This document shows positions 27,101 to 35,814 of a stretch of 64,000 nucleotides of DNA, piece after piece. The notes under the pieces are model-generated. The model ran no database searches and was not told where the DNA came from. It saw nothing but the letters and a program-made list of their open reading frames with translations. Position 1 is the first letter of the stretch. Every line of letters starts with the position of its first letter. The stretch lies in IMG/VR virus record IMGVR_UViG_3300017649_000199. One strand, 5' to 3'. The DNA is from a virus. A program made the translations under genes and the position numbers.

Positions 27101-27168
27101 CACCCGTTCGGCCGCAGATTAGCGGTGTAACGCCGGACGAAGCTGCAAAAGCCGCAAGAGGAATCAAG

Positions 27169-27546
27169 ATGGATCACACACAACAGGCCCGCGAGCTGCT
27201 TCCGTGCCCATTCTGTGGCGGGGAGGCGACCCTGCGGATGATCGGAAACGTGCACAGCACGCGGAAATGCGTCGTTAAGTGCAGCGGCTGTCGGTACGAG
27301 CGAACTGATGCCGCTTTGCGCTATGGCGACGAATGGCTGCTGAAGACCGCCATTGCCGCGTGGAACCGCCGCTCCGCCATGCGCGCCGCGCCGGAGAGTG
27401 GCGTCCCCGAGCGCACAATGATGGCGCTGGCGACCGGTTGGCGCAGGCACGCAGCGGCCGGTGGGCGTGGCAGGGCCGTGCTGATCCAGTGCGCCGAATC
27501 GCTGGAGGCTGCTGTCATCGCCGCCCGCCCGCAGGGGGTGAAGTGA
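27169..27546 (+). CDS. Lar-like restriction alleviation protein
   Basis: LPCPFCGG...C..C...AIAAWNRR. Confidence 0.75.
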   Translation: MDHTQQARELLPCPFCGGEATLRMIGNVHSTRKCVVKCSGCRYERTDAALRYGDEWLLKTAIAAWNRRSAMRAAPESGVPERTMMALATGWRRHAAAGGRGRAVLIQCAESLEAAVIAARPQGVK

Positions 27547-27779
27547 TGGCCGGTGGAATGGAATGGGTGCGCAGGAACTATGGCGTGCCAGCAAAGCGCG
27601 GCGGTCGAGTCGAATACACGGGCGATGGAGTGTCAAAGCTGGGGACAATCGTGTCTGCAACGACCAGCGGGCACCTGAAGGTCGAGTTGGACTTTCAGCA
27701 TCGCGCCATCCGGCTGCACCCGACGTGGAAGCTGCGCTACCTGGACGCGGACAGCCCGCAGGAGGCGAGCGATGCGTGA
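27546..27779 (+). CDS. Hypothetical phage protein
   Basis: YGVPAKRGGRVEY...HPTW motif. Confidence 0.7.
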   Translation: MAGGMEWVRRNYGVPAKRGGRVEYTGDGVSKLGTIVSATTSGHLKVELDFQHRAIRLHPTWKLRYLDADSPQEASDA

Positions 27780-28416
27780 CCTGGACCTGCACGCGCTGTT
27801 CCTGTTCAACGTGACCGACACGATGGCTCAGTCCTGGGCGGACGCCGGCATCACCTGCTGGTGCGTGGACCTGCAGCACCCAAAGGGCGAGCGCCGGGAG
27901 GGCAACATCATCAGGGTTGGCGCCGACGTGCTGCGGTACACCCCGCCGATGCGCCGCTACGTGTTCGGCTTCGCGTTCCCGCCGTGCACCGATCTTGCCG
28001 TGTCCGGGGCGCGCTGGTTCTCTGGGAAGGGCCTCTATGCGCTGGCCGACGCTATCACCCTGTTTGCCAGGGCAGCCGAGGTCATGGAAGCACTGGACGC
28101 CCCCTACGGCATCGAGAACCCGGTCAGCACGATCAGCAGCTACTGGCGCAAGCCCGACTACTCGTTCGACCCCTGCGACTATGCCGGTTACCCCGGCGGC
28201 GAGGGCGACACGTACACGAAGAAGACCTGCCTGTGGACCGGGGGGGGGGGCTTCATCATGCCAACGCCGCGACGCCTGGACCCGTCCGACGGCAGCCGCA
28301 TGCACCTGCTGCCGCCGTCCTCCGAGCGCGCCAACCTGCGCAGCGCCACGCCGGCCGGCTTCGCCCGGGCCGCGTTCGAGGCGAACTATGCGCGCGCTCT
28401 GAGGGCCGCAGCATGA
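27772..28416 (+). CDS. Short phage C5-cytosine methyltransferase-like protein
   Basis: FPPCT catalytic motif, IENPV, YTKKTCLW, RSATP.GFA; G11 tract at 28240-28250. Confidence 0.75.
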   Translation: MRDLDLHALFLFNVTDTMAQSWADAGITCWCVDLQHPKGERREGNIIRVGADVLRYTPPMRRYVFGFAFPPCTDLAVSGARWFSGKGLYALADAITLFARAAEVMEALDAPYGIENPVSTISSYWRKPDYSFDPCDYAGYPGGEGDTYTKKTCLWTGGGGFIMPTPRRLDPSDGSRMHLLPPSSERANLRSATPAGFARAAFEANYARALRAAA

Positions 28417-28452
28417 CCCACAACCTGCAACGCAGCACTGGAGGTAGCCGAC

Positions 28453-28662
28453 ATGGCTGATGGAATCTCCCTCTCCCGATCCGAGATGGCTGACCTGTGC
28501 CGCACCCCGCAGCGGGCGCGACAGGTCGCCTTCCTCGTGAAGAACGGCATCCGGCACTACCTGGACGCCCACGGCTGGCCGGTGGTCCTGCGCTCCACGC
28601 TGGAAGGCCTGCCCGCCCAGGAGCAGGCGGCAACCGGCTGGAAGCCGAACAAGGCGGCCTGA
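28453..28662 (+). CDS. Putative excisionase (DUF4224-like)
   Basis: LS..E..DL...Q..FL..NGI...GWPVV directly upstream of integrase. Confidence 0.75.
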   Translation: MADGISLSRSEMADLCRTPQRARQVAFLVKNGIRHYLDAHGWPVVLRSTLEGLPAQEQAATGWKPNKAA

Positions 28663-28664
28663 CG

Positions 28665-29693
28665 ATGGGCAGGAAGCCGAGCAAGCCGGGCGCGATTCCT
28701 CGCTTTCGGCCCCGTAAGCAGAAGTCCGGAAGGATCTGCTACTACTACGACCACGGTATCGGCCAGGACGGCAAGCGCCGCGAGGAACCGCTCGGCAGCG
28801 ATTATGGGCTGGCGATCCAGAAGTGGGCCGAGATTGAGCGCGAGTCGAACCCGCCGCAGCAAGCCGTGATCATGTTCGCGTGGGTGGCCGACCGGTACAT
28901 GGCCGAGGTCGCGCCGAACAAGGCCCCGCGCACGTTCTCCGATAACCGGCGCGAAGTGGTGAAGCTGAAGGAGTTCTTCAACGATCCACCGGCACCACTG
29001 GAGGCCATTCAGCCGGTCAACGTGCGCCAGTACCTGACGTGGCGCAGCAAGGCCCCCGTGCGCGCCAACCGCGAGAAAGCGCTGCTATCTTCCATCTGGA
29101 ATTTCGCACGCGCCAAGGGCTACACCGCTCTCCCCAACCCCTGCGCAGGCATCAAGGGCAACCGCGAGACCGGGCGCGACGTGTATGTCGAGGATGACCA
29201 ATTCCGGGCGATATGGGAGTGCGCCGATACATGTCTGCGCGACGCCATGGACCTGGCCTATCTGACCGGCCAGCGTCCGGCTGACGTACTGGCGATGACG
29301 GAAATGGATGTGCGCGATGGCGCCCTGCACGTCCGCCAGGCAAAGACCAATGCCAAGCTTCGCATCGAAGTGGCTGGCGAGCTGGCCGACGTGCTGGAAC
29401 GCATCCGAGAGCGGAAGCGCGGGTACAAGATCCACAACACCAGGCTGGTGGTCAACGAATCCGGGCGGGCTATCGGTACGAACGCAATGTCCAGGCGCTG
29501 GGCGAAGGCCTGCGAACTGGCCGGGATATCTGGGCTGCAGTTCCGTGATCTGCGCGCCAAGGCCGGCACCGACAAAGCCGATGCATCCGGGGACGCGCGG
29601 CAGGCACAGAAGCAGCTGGGCCACGCATCGGTCGTGATGACCGAGCACTACCTGCGGAACCGGCGGGGCCAAAAAGTAACCCCCACTCGCTGA
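28665..29693 (+). CDS. int: Tyrosine integrase
   Basis: TGQR, QAKT, RDLR, LGH, HY catalytic motifs; adjacent to att site. Confidence 0.95.
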   Translation: MGRKPSKPGAIPRFRPRKQKSGRICYYYDHGIGQDGKRREEPLGSDYGLAIQKWAEIERESNPPQQAVIMFAWVADRYMAEVAPNKAPRTFSDNRREVVKLKEFFNDPPAPLEAIQPVNVRQYLTWRSKAPVRANREKALLSSIWNFARAKGYTALPNPCAGIKGNRETGRDVYVEDDQFRAIWECADTCLRDAMDLAYLTGQRPADVLAMTEMDVRDGALHVRQAKTNAKLRIEVAGELADVLERIRERKRGYKIHNTRLVVNESGRAIGTNAMSRRWAKACELAGISGLQFRDLRAKAGTDKADASGDARQAQKQLGHASVVMTEHYLRNRRGQKVTPTR

Positions 29694-29694
29694 T

Positions 29695-29750
29695 TTGCGG
29701 AGCGGGGGTTTAAATTGCGGAGCGGCTTAGAATCTCTGAAGCCGCTCCGT
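29695..29750. repeat. Integrase arm-type sites of prophage 1
   Basis: TTGCGGAGCGG twice in direct repeat plus inverted CCGCTCCG. Confidence 0.6.
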
Positions 29751-29753
29751 TAT

Positions 29754-29802
29754 TGGAGGCCTGGGTCGGAATCGAACCGGCGTACGCGGATTTGCAATCC
29801 GC
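29754..29802 (-). other. att junction: 3' fragment of tRNA-Cys(GCA)
   Basis: GCGGATTGCAAATCCGCGTACGCCGGTTCGATTCCGACCCAGGCCTCCA: anticodon arm, T arm and CCA present; 5' half absent. Confidence 0.9.
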
Positions 29803-29882
29803 ACAGGCCATTGTGGCGCAATGGTTTCAAGGGAATGCCACCCAAATTGCCACCTTTGCGCATCGATGTGCCGCTCCTGCAC

Positions 29883-29947
29883 CACCTGCAGGAAATCGGT
29901 GCACCTGCACTTTTTCGGCCCACCTGCAGGAATGTGGACCTCCTGCA
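29883..29947. repeat. Four C(A/T)CCTGCA boxes with 19-bp period
   Basis: Boxes start at 29883, 29902, 29921 and 29940. Confidence 0.7.
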
Positions 29948-30180
29948 TATGTGGCCTGCGTCGCAGTTCCGGATTCCCGAGCCCGAAGCGTGCCGCCGTT
30001 CGGCCATCGCCGGCGCCCTGCAGGGGAAAGTAGACGTTTTAAGGGATTCGGCCTGAAATGGCCCGGGGATTGACCGATGCTCGGCCGACTCGGCACCGCC
30101 GCAGATCACATGCGCTTCACACCCCCATAGCTCTGGCGGCCTATGGTCGGACAGCAGGGGGCTGCGTGAAAGGAGGCGGT

Positions 30181-30417
30181 ATGGGCTACAGCGCACAGTA
30201 CCTGACGAACGACGAACGGATGGAACTGCATGCAGCTTACGTGGCGCACGGCAACGGCCCTGGCTTCTGGCAGGTGTATCAAGACCTCCTGCAGGTAGCA
30301 TCGGCGCGCAATGGGGGCGCACAGCTGGGCGTGGTGAATGAGCTGGCCCGGATCGCAGAGCGCATGGGCGCCACGCCGAAAGCGATTCTGCTGGCGCCGC
30401 GGGACGCCCGGCCATGA
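30181..30417 (+). CDS. Hypothetical protein
   Basis: AGGAGG RBS; MGYSAQYLTN. Confidence 0.65.
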   Translation: MGYSAQYLTNDERMELHAAYVAHGNGPGFWQVYQDLLQVASARNGGAQLGVVNELARIAERMGATPKAILLAPRDARP

Positions 30418-30614
30418 TGAGCGATGCGGAAATGGCCGCCCACCTGGCGGAGATCGAGAAAGAGCTTCCCCGACTGGCGAAGAACCGGAACACGTCCCCC
30501 CGCGAGTTCGAGGACCGCACCGACCGGCTGTGCAGCGAGCTTACAGACAAGCAGCAGCTGGTGGCATTGGACCGCCTCAAGGAGATGGTAGACCGGCACG
30601 GCATCAACCGGTGA
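30414..30614 (+). CDS. Hypothetical protein (paralog A)
   Basis: Similar to 31135-31335. Confidence 0.75.
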   Translation: MMSDAEMAAHLAEIEKELPRLAKNRNTSPREFEDRTDRLCSELTDKQQLVALDRLKEMVDRHGINR

Positions 30615-30644
30615 CGGTGCGCCGGCGGTGCTCGGGCGGTGTCC

Positions 30645-30857
30645 CTACTCGCCGGCTTCCTCAAACCGTACGGCCCGGACCAGGAAGGCGCCGGCCTGCA
30701 GTCGGAGCCGGCTTGCCGCGGCTCTGACCCGCGCTCGGCGCCGCCAATCCCCGGCGCTGGACTGCTCCAGCTGCCGGGCCTGCCCGTCCAGTTCGGCCGC
30801 CCTCGCCCGCGCCCAGGCGGCTTTCGTCGGATGCCACGTCTTGGTCGATGCGTTCAT
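30645..30857 (-). CDS. Hypothetical Arg/Ala-rich protein
   Basis: 70-aa ORF. Confidence 0.45.
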   Translation of the reverse strand: MNASTKTWHPTKAAWARARAAELDGQARQLEQSSAGDWRRRARVRAAASRLRLQAGAFLVRAVRFEEAGE

Positions 30858-31134
30858 GGCCTGAATGCTGACCGATGCTCATCGCACCAGCCGAGAAGGC
30901 GGCAACGGAAGCTAACTGGCGCCAGCTGCCCGCGCATCCGTGCGTAGGCCCGGCGGGTTTGGCCTTGGCTGCAGTAGCCGGCGGCCGGTGCTGGCGTGTG
31001 GATGATGTGCTCCGGCCAGCCACCGCGACAGTCGGCCCCTGCCGTGGACGAGCGTCAGGTTTCACCTACGCCCCAGCCGGGGGCTCGTAGTATTCGAGGC
31101 CCAGGCCGCTACTGACCTTCGCTCCAGGTGCCAC

Positions 31135-31335
31135 ATGCTGACCGACAACGAGATCGATGATCGCCTGGCCCAGATCGAGGCGGAGATACCGCGCCTCCGC
31201 CGCAACATGAACACGTTCCCCCGGGAGTTCGAGGACCGCGCGGACCGGCTGTGCGGCGAGGTGAGCGATGACCAGCAGGACTACGTGTTGGACCGGCTCG
31301 GGGCGATGGTGGAGCGGGCCGGGATCAATGGCTAG
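31135..31335 (+). CDS. Hypothetical protein (paralog B)
   Basis: Shares PRL..N.NT.PREFEDR.DRLC.E..D.QQ...LDRL..MV.R.GIN with paralog A. Confidence 0.75.
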   Translation: MLTDNEIDDRLAQIEAEIPRLRRNMNTFPREFEDRADRLCGEVSDDQQDYVLDRLGAMVERAGING

Positions 31336-31375
31336 CGCCGCGCCACCGCGACCTCTGCCGCGCGCCGGGTGAGCC

Positions 31376-31939
31376 ATGAAAATGCGCCTCGCCAAGTTCC
31401 ACCGCGTCGTTGAGTTCGAGGACCTGCTTGGGATTCGCCCCAAGCCGCCGAACATGACGGGCGATTCGTCGAGCACATGGCGGCTTCCGCCAGGCTACTG
31501 GCCTCCCAGCTATGGGTACGAGCCATGGGGGACGCCCGGCGTCATCAGCGTGCAGTGGAGCGAGGCCAGGCCGGTCATATGGGACGTTGATCTGCCTGGA
31601 GAGGCCACCGGTGGCGCGGCGGTGTTCGCCAGCGGGCTGTCGATTTGTGAGCCCGATGGCTGGTGGTACTACGAGCCACCGGGGCGCGACCCCTTCCTGC
31701 TCGCCGGCGTACTCTTCGGAAAGTCCATGTCGCTGGCAGTCCACTCCAGCACGCGCTTCCCTGCTGTGCTGCCCGAAGAGTTCGCGCCGACCTGGATAGC
31801 CAGCGTCGCCGGCATGCGCCCGCTCCTGGACTCGCTGCCGCCGGCCGACAGGATCTGGTGGCGCAGCACGCGCATTGCGAACCCGAATACCGCGGCCGAG
31901 GACAGCGAGGTTGTCGTAGCGCCACTGTTGTTAGGGTAG
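31376..31939 (+). CDS. Hypothetical accessory protein
   Basis: 187 aa, Trp-rich, convergent with tail genes. Confidence 0.55.
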   Translation: MKMRLAKFHRVVEFEDLLGIRPKPPNMTGDSSSTWRLPPGYWPPSYGYEPWGTPGVISVQWSEARPVIWDVDLPGEATGGAAVFASGLSICEPDGWWYYEPPGRDPFLLAGVLFGKSMSLAVHSSTRFPAVLPEEFAPTWIASVAGMRPLLDSLPPADRIWWRSTRIANPNTAAEDSEVVVAPLLLG

Positions 31940-31974
31940 TCGGAAGGACGAGCAGTCCAGGCATCACTGTCACA

Positions 31975-32367
31975 TTACAGAACTGCACCAGCATTGACGG
32001 GCCCGCTGATCGGCGCGGCGGCGAGCGACACGCGGATGCTCACGCTCGACAGCAGCACGTCAGCCCACGGCCGCGTCACCGGCTCGCCCAGCACCGCCAG
32101 CAGGCAGTCCCGCGCAATCGCGTCTGCCGTCTCGGCCTCAACGACGGTCACTGGGGCGACATGGGAGAGCTCGGTCACAACTGCACGCCCCATGGCATCT
32201 TGGACCTCGGCACCGTCCGGGCCGATGGCGCGGGCCTTGGCTCGGAATGCAACTCCCGTGGCCACCCTCTCCCGCGTGCAACTGGTTGCGACCAGCGCGC
32301 CGGTATCCAACTCTACGACATGCTCACCATCGGCCGCAGGTACGTCGGTACGTTTGATATAGCTCAT
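31975..32367 (-). CDS. Hypothetical tail-associated protein
   Basis: Last gene of late operon, coupled to upstream gene. Confidence 0.65.
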   Translation of the reverse strand: MSYIKRTDVPAADGEHVVELDTGALVATSCTRERVATGVAFRAKARAIGPDGAEVQDAMGRAVVTELSHVAPVTVVEAETADAIARDCLLAVLGEPVTRPWADVLLSSVSIRVSLAAAPISGPVNAGAVL

Positions 32368-33002
32368 ATTGGATTTTGCTCCGCTGCCGGGCTCTTCGCC
32401 CCTCCACCACCGCCACCGCCACCGATGCCGCCGCCCCCCGTGACCGGCGGGGCGCCGACCGCAGGGAAATCGATCTCCAGCGTCGTGATAGCGATGCGAC
32501 CATCGCCGGACAGCGACGTGATGTAATCCTCCGTGACCCCGAGATCGAGCGAGCCGCCACGGAGCTGCGGGTCGTCGTAGTAGAGGTAGACGATCTTCTT
32601 CGTCTCCGGATCGCCTGCCACTGACGCACTACTTGCGCCGTAGCTGATGTTGGCGCCCCCCATGACCAGCGTCCCGGCGCTAACGCTTACAGTGGCGACG
32701 CTGTCCGTTGCGCTGTAGGTCACCGACGTGTCTACATTCCACACGCTCGCCCGGTTGGCCACGGCGTTGACTGGGAGCGCCAGCGCCCCCTCCCGCGCCG
32801 TGCTGCCCACCGTGTGCTGGAGGACAGCAGGCGCGGACATGCGCCCCGTGTGGTCGATATTCCTGACCTCAATGTCGTAGGTGACACCGCGCCGCACGTC
32901 CCGCAACTCAATGGGCTGGCCGGCGCGGATGCGGTCTACCGTCCAGGCGCCGGGCTCGGCAGCGGCGATGCGGTAGCGCAGCTCTTGCGCGATGATGGTC
33001 AT
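32364..33002 (-). CDS. FN3-like tail tip protein (C-terminal complement of gpJ)
   Basis: GVTYDIEVRNID.TGRMS FN3 motif; Gly-rich C-terminus. Confidence 0.6.
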   Translation of the reverse strand: MTIIAQELRYRIAAAEPGAWTVDRIRAGQPIELRDVRRGVTYDIEVRNIDHTGRMSAPAVLQHTVGSTAREGALALPVNAVANRASVWNVDTSVTYSATDSVATVSVSAGTLVMGGANISYGASSASVAGDPETKKIVYLYYDDPQLRGGSLDLGVTEDYITSLSGDGRIAITTLEIDFPAVGAPPVTGGGGIGGGGGGGGAKSPAAEQNPI

Positions 33003-35488
33003 GCCGCCTCCAGGCGCAGGTCGTTGTGCAACTCGGAATGCCGGCCCAAGCCGATGCGGAGCACGGGCGCCACGATGCCGGCGTCGTCGGGGTTGTCGAC
33101 GGTCGAGTCACTGACGACGCCCAGCACCACCGGCACGGGCACCTCTGCATACGTCGTCCCGGTGATCTCACTGACGATGCTGGCAGGTGGATCGGCCCAG
33201 TACGGGGCCACGCGCTCGTCATACCGCACGGCGGTGAACTCGGTCACCTGTCCGCCGTCTCGGTAGCGCACGCCGGTCACCAGCAGCTTTTCCGTGACGC
33301 TCTCCGCTTCGCCAATGACGCAGCCATCACCCGGCCACACGCGCGGCTGCGGCGATGGGCCGGCGGTCATCGGGATCGACTCGAGCAAGAACATGTCAGT
33401 CTCGCCGCCCGCGCCGACAATGCCGACGACTACCGACGTACCATCGGCGCAACGGAATTGCGCGCTGTAGCGCTTGCCGGCCTGCGTTGTCACCATTTGA
33501 TCAAGCACCAGCGTTGGACTCCCGCTGACGCTGCCGATACTGACCACGCGGCCCCAGCCGGCACCCCACTCCACTAGGTCATGCGCCACGTCGATCACGT
33601 CGCCACGCGTCGTGCCAAGGCCGGCAACGTCGCTCGTGAAGCTGTAGGTCTCCGGGCGGAACTTGCCCTGTGCGAGGTGGAATCGGCCTACCCGCCACGC
33701 GTGGATTGCATCTTGGGCGAACCGCAGCTGCATGGTCTCGAACGCGGTTGGCTCCGGGAGCGATGAGGGGTTCCCTCGCGCGTCCACCCCGCGATAGCTA
33801 TAGCCGTCAGCCAGCACGACGATCTCGTCGTCTTGGTAGTCTGCCGCCGGGTTCTTGAACTGGACCCGGAGTGCCTGTGGCAACCGCATGAATGGGCGGG
33901 ACATAGTGAAACCGTCGATTTCCAGGGGGGTGAAGATCATGCTCGGCAGAGTCTCGCCGGAATCGAACACAATGCTGTAACGCCCATCCCGGCGCCCTAA
34001 CGACCCCAAAGAGCAGGACAGCAGGTCCTCGATCAGCTCGGCGGCCGTCGTGGCCGCGTCAACGACGCCACGCGCCTCGAAGCTGTTGGCTTCGCAGAAC
34101 TCCGCGTAGTCGCTGAACGTGTCCAAGTGGATGCGCGACGCAGGAACATGGGTGCTGAGACCAGGGCATTCCGTCAGGAGCCAGTACGTGACCCACGCCG
34201 GGTTGAGGTTCGCCACCGGCGCCGACCACGTTCCGGCATCACGATCGTAGGTGCGCACCTTCTGCCGCACGATCAGCGACAAGCTCTGCAGGGTTCCGTT
34301 GAGCTGGTCGGTCGCGCGGATGCGCATCGCCAGCTTGTTGGTGCCCGTGGTCGACGGCAGGCCCGGCTTGATCGAGCGCATCACCGACCAGGTGAACTGA
34401 TCAACATAGGTGTTCTTCGAGCTTCCGCGCAGCGACGTAACACGGGTAACCCGGACCTCATACTGCCCAGCCGGCACGTCCCATCCAGCACCGCAGGCGA
34501 ACGCGTTGGCCGTTTCGCGACGGACCTCGAATACCCCGCCACCGATGGACCGTAGGTAGGACAGCCGCGGGAACGCCGGTGTCGTCCAGGCGCCGGTGCT
34601 GCCCGCAGGGCGGTACTCAAGGCGCCACGTCACCCACATTTCGAACTTCTTGCCGCTGGTCCCAACGCCGTAGAGGCCGGTCGGGGCTACCAGGTCCAAC
34701 GCGATCCTCGTCACGCCCGGAGCCGTTGTCCTCGTGATCGACTGGCCGTCCTCCATTCCCGCGCCCACTGCCACCTCCGCCACGTCGTTGGTGTACAGCG
34801 ACGGCGTACGCGTGACCTCGTACTGCACCTCTTGGTACTGGCTGATCGGCGTATCGCCTATCTTGATGTCCGCGACTTCGATGTCGCCGTGGCCCAGGTC
34901 GAAAAGACAGTACTGATAGCTGCTCTCGCCGATGGCCTCGCTGTACGGGATCGCCGCGTGCGGCGGGAAGAACCGGGACTCCCCGATTACGAATGGGATC
35001 ACGCCACCTGGGTTGATCCCGTTCGACGTACCCGTGAGGGCGTTCCACTTAGCCCCAGCGTCTCCGCTACCACCCGGCGTAGGCGGCTTGGTCAGCGCGG
35101 TCACTGCCAGCGTGGTCAGTAGCACCGCCGCCGACCCCCAGAAGGTCGCAGTGCCAACACCAAACCACGAAGCGGCGGCCGCTCCGATCTGGGGAGCGAA
35201 CAAGCTAACGGCGATGATCGCCACCATGCCGATGATCTGGCGGCTATTTCCGCCAGCCAGGCCGCAGCGCGTGACATGGATGACGGCGCCCGCTTTGGGG
35301 GTCAGCCGCGACCACCACTCCGCAGGCACTACATGGCCGCCGACGCGCACCTCTAGCTCCGCGTCGGCCAACTCCGCGCCGGCAGAGGCCTGGACAAGCA
35401 TCTGGCGCAAGGTTTGCCCTGGGTCGACATGGACGATTCCCACGTCCTGAGAGAACTCATGCGGGCGGAGCATTAGGCTGTGGCTCAT
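32999..35488 (-). CDS. Tail tip protein, gpI-gpJ-like (host specificity factor)
   Basis: N-terminal ubiquitin-like plus TM-like segment, IPFVIGE, GQYEVRV, NPAW motifs. Confidence 0.85.
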   Translation of the reverse strand: MSHSLMLRPHEFSQDVGIVHVDPGQTLRQMLVQASAGAELADAELEVRVGGHVVPAEWWSRLTPKAGAVIHVTRCGLAGGNSRQIIGMVAIIAVSLFAPQIGAAAASWFGVGTATFWGSAAVLLTTLAVTALTKPPTPGGSGDAGAKWNALTGTSNGINPGGVIPFVIGESRFFPPHAAIPYSEAIGESSYQYCLFDLGHGDIEVADIKIGDTPISQYQEVQYEVTRTPSLYTNDVAEVAVGAGMEDGQSITRTTAPGVTRIALDLVAPTGLYGVGTSGKKFEMWVTWRLEYRPAGSTGAWTTPAFPRLSYLRSIGGGVFEVRRETANAFACGAGWDVPAGQYEVRVTRVTSLRGSSKNTYVDQFTWSVMRSIKPGLPSTTGTNKLAMRIRATDQLNGTLQSLSLIVRQKVRTYDRDAGTWSAPVANLNPAWVTYWLLTECPGLSTHVPASRIHLDTFSDYAEFCEANSFEARGVVDAATTAAELIEDLLSCSLGSLGRRDGRYSIVFDSGETLPSMIFTPLEIDGFTMSRPFMRLPQALRVQFKNPAADYQDDEIVVLADGYSYRGVDARGNPSSLPEPTAFETMQLRFAQDAIHAWRVGRFHLAQGKFRPETYSFTSDVAGLGTTRGDVIDVAHDLVEWGAGWGRVVSIGSVSGSPTLVLDQMVTTQAGKRYSAQFRCADGTSVVVGIVGAGGETDMFLLESIPMTAGPSPQPRVWPGDGCVIGEAESVTEKLLVTGVRYRDGGQVTEFTAVRYDERVAPYWADPPASIVSEITGTTYAEVPVPVVLGVVSDSTVDNPDDAGIVAPVLRIGLGRHSELHNDLRLEAA

Positions 35489-35814
35489 CTCGACTCCATG
35501 CAACGGTAGTAGCCCTCAATCCGGGCTCCCCACAAGGGGGATGACAGATACTCGATTCGGCTTCGCGCGCCATCTTCGACATGCAGGAAGCGCCCGCGGC
35601 CTATGCATACGCCGACGTGATCCGGTACCCCTGCCGTCCGGAACACGACAACGTCCAGCGGCAATGGCCGCTCCACACGGCGCCACCCATCGGCCCGCTC
35701 GGGCTTCACGACGTGTGGCAGGCTGATGCCGTGGGCCTCCAAGACACGGCCCGCGAATACTCGGCAGAAGTGGCGCCCCTCGTACGGGACGCCAACGAAG
35801 GTCTCAAGGTTCAT
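35485..35814 (-). CDS. NlpC/P60 tail tip protein (gpK-like)
   Basis: GVPY...FC, HVGVCIG.GRFLH. Confidence 0.85.
   Translation of the reverse strand: MNLETFVGVPYEGRHFCRVFAGRVLEAHGISLPHVVKPERADGWRRVERPLPLDVVVFRTAGVPDHVGVCIGRGRFLHVEDGARSRIEYLSSPLWGARIEGYYRCMESR

Larger units (their letters stand above)
25829..27101 (-). mobile_element. Integron-type gene cassette array lacking integrase (CALIN-like), 3 cassettes
   Basis: Three attC-like sites; each cassette flanked by 9-10 bp perfectly complementary GTT.../...AAC cores. Confidence 0.85.
1..29753. mobile_element. Prophage 1, podovirus-like temperate phage (left part outside window)
   Basis: Contiguous structural, replication, immunity, recombination and integrase genes ending at a tRNA-Cys att fragment; no tape measure or tail tube among its visible genes. 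Confidence 0.92.

Noticed and set aside
28665..29693. Integron integrase serving the attC array
   Set aside because: Paired with an excisionase and tRNA att site; I see no IntI-specific insertion before the RDLR box, so it reads as a normal phage integrase (an HMM check is still worthwhile)
29754..29830. Intact tRNA-Cys gene
   Set aside because: Sequence beyond the anticodon arm has no D arm or 5' acceptor strand complementary to the 3' end; it is an att fragment
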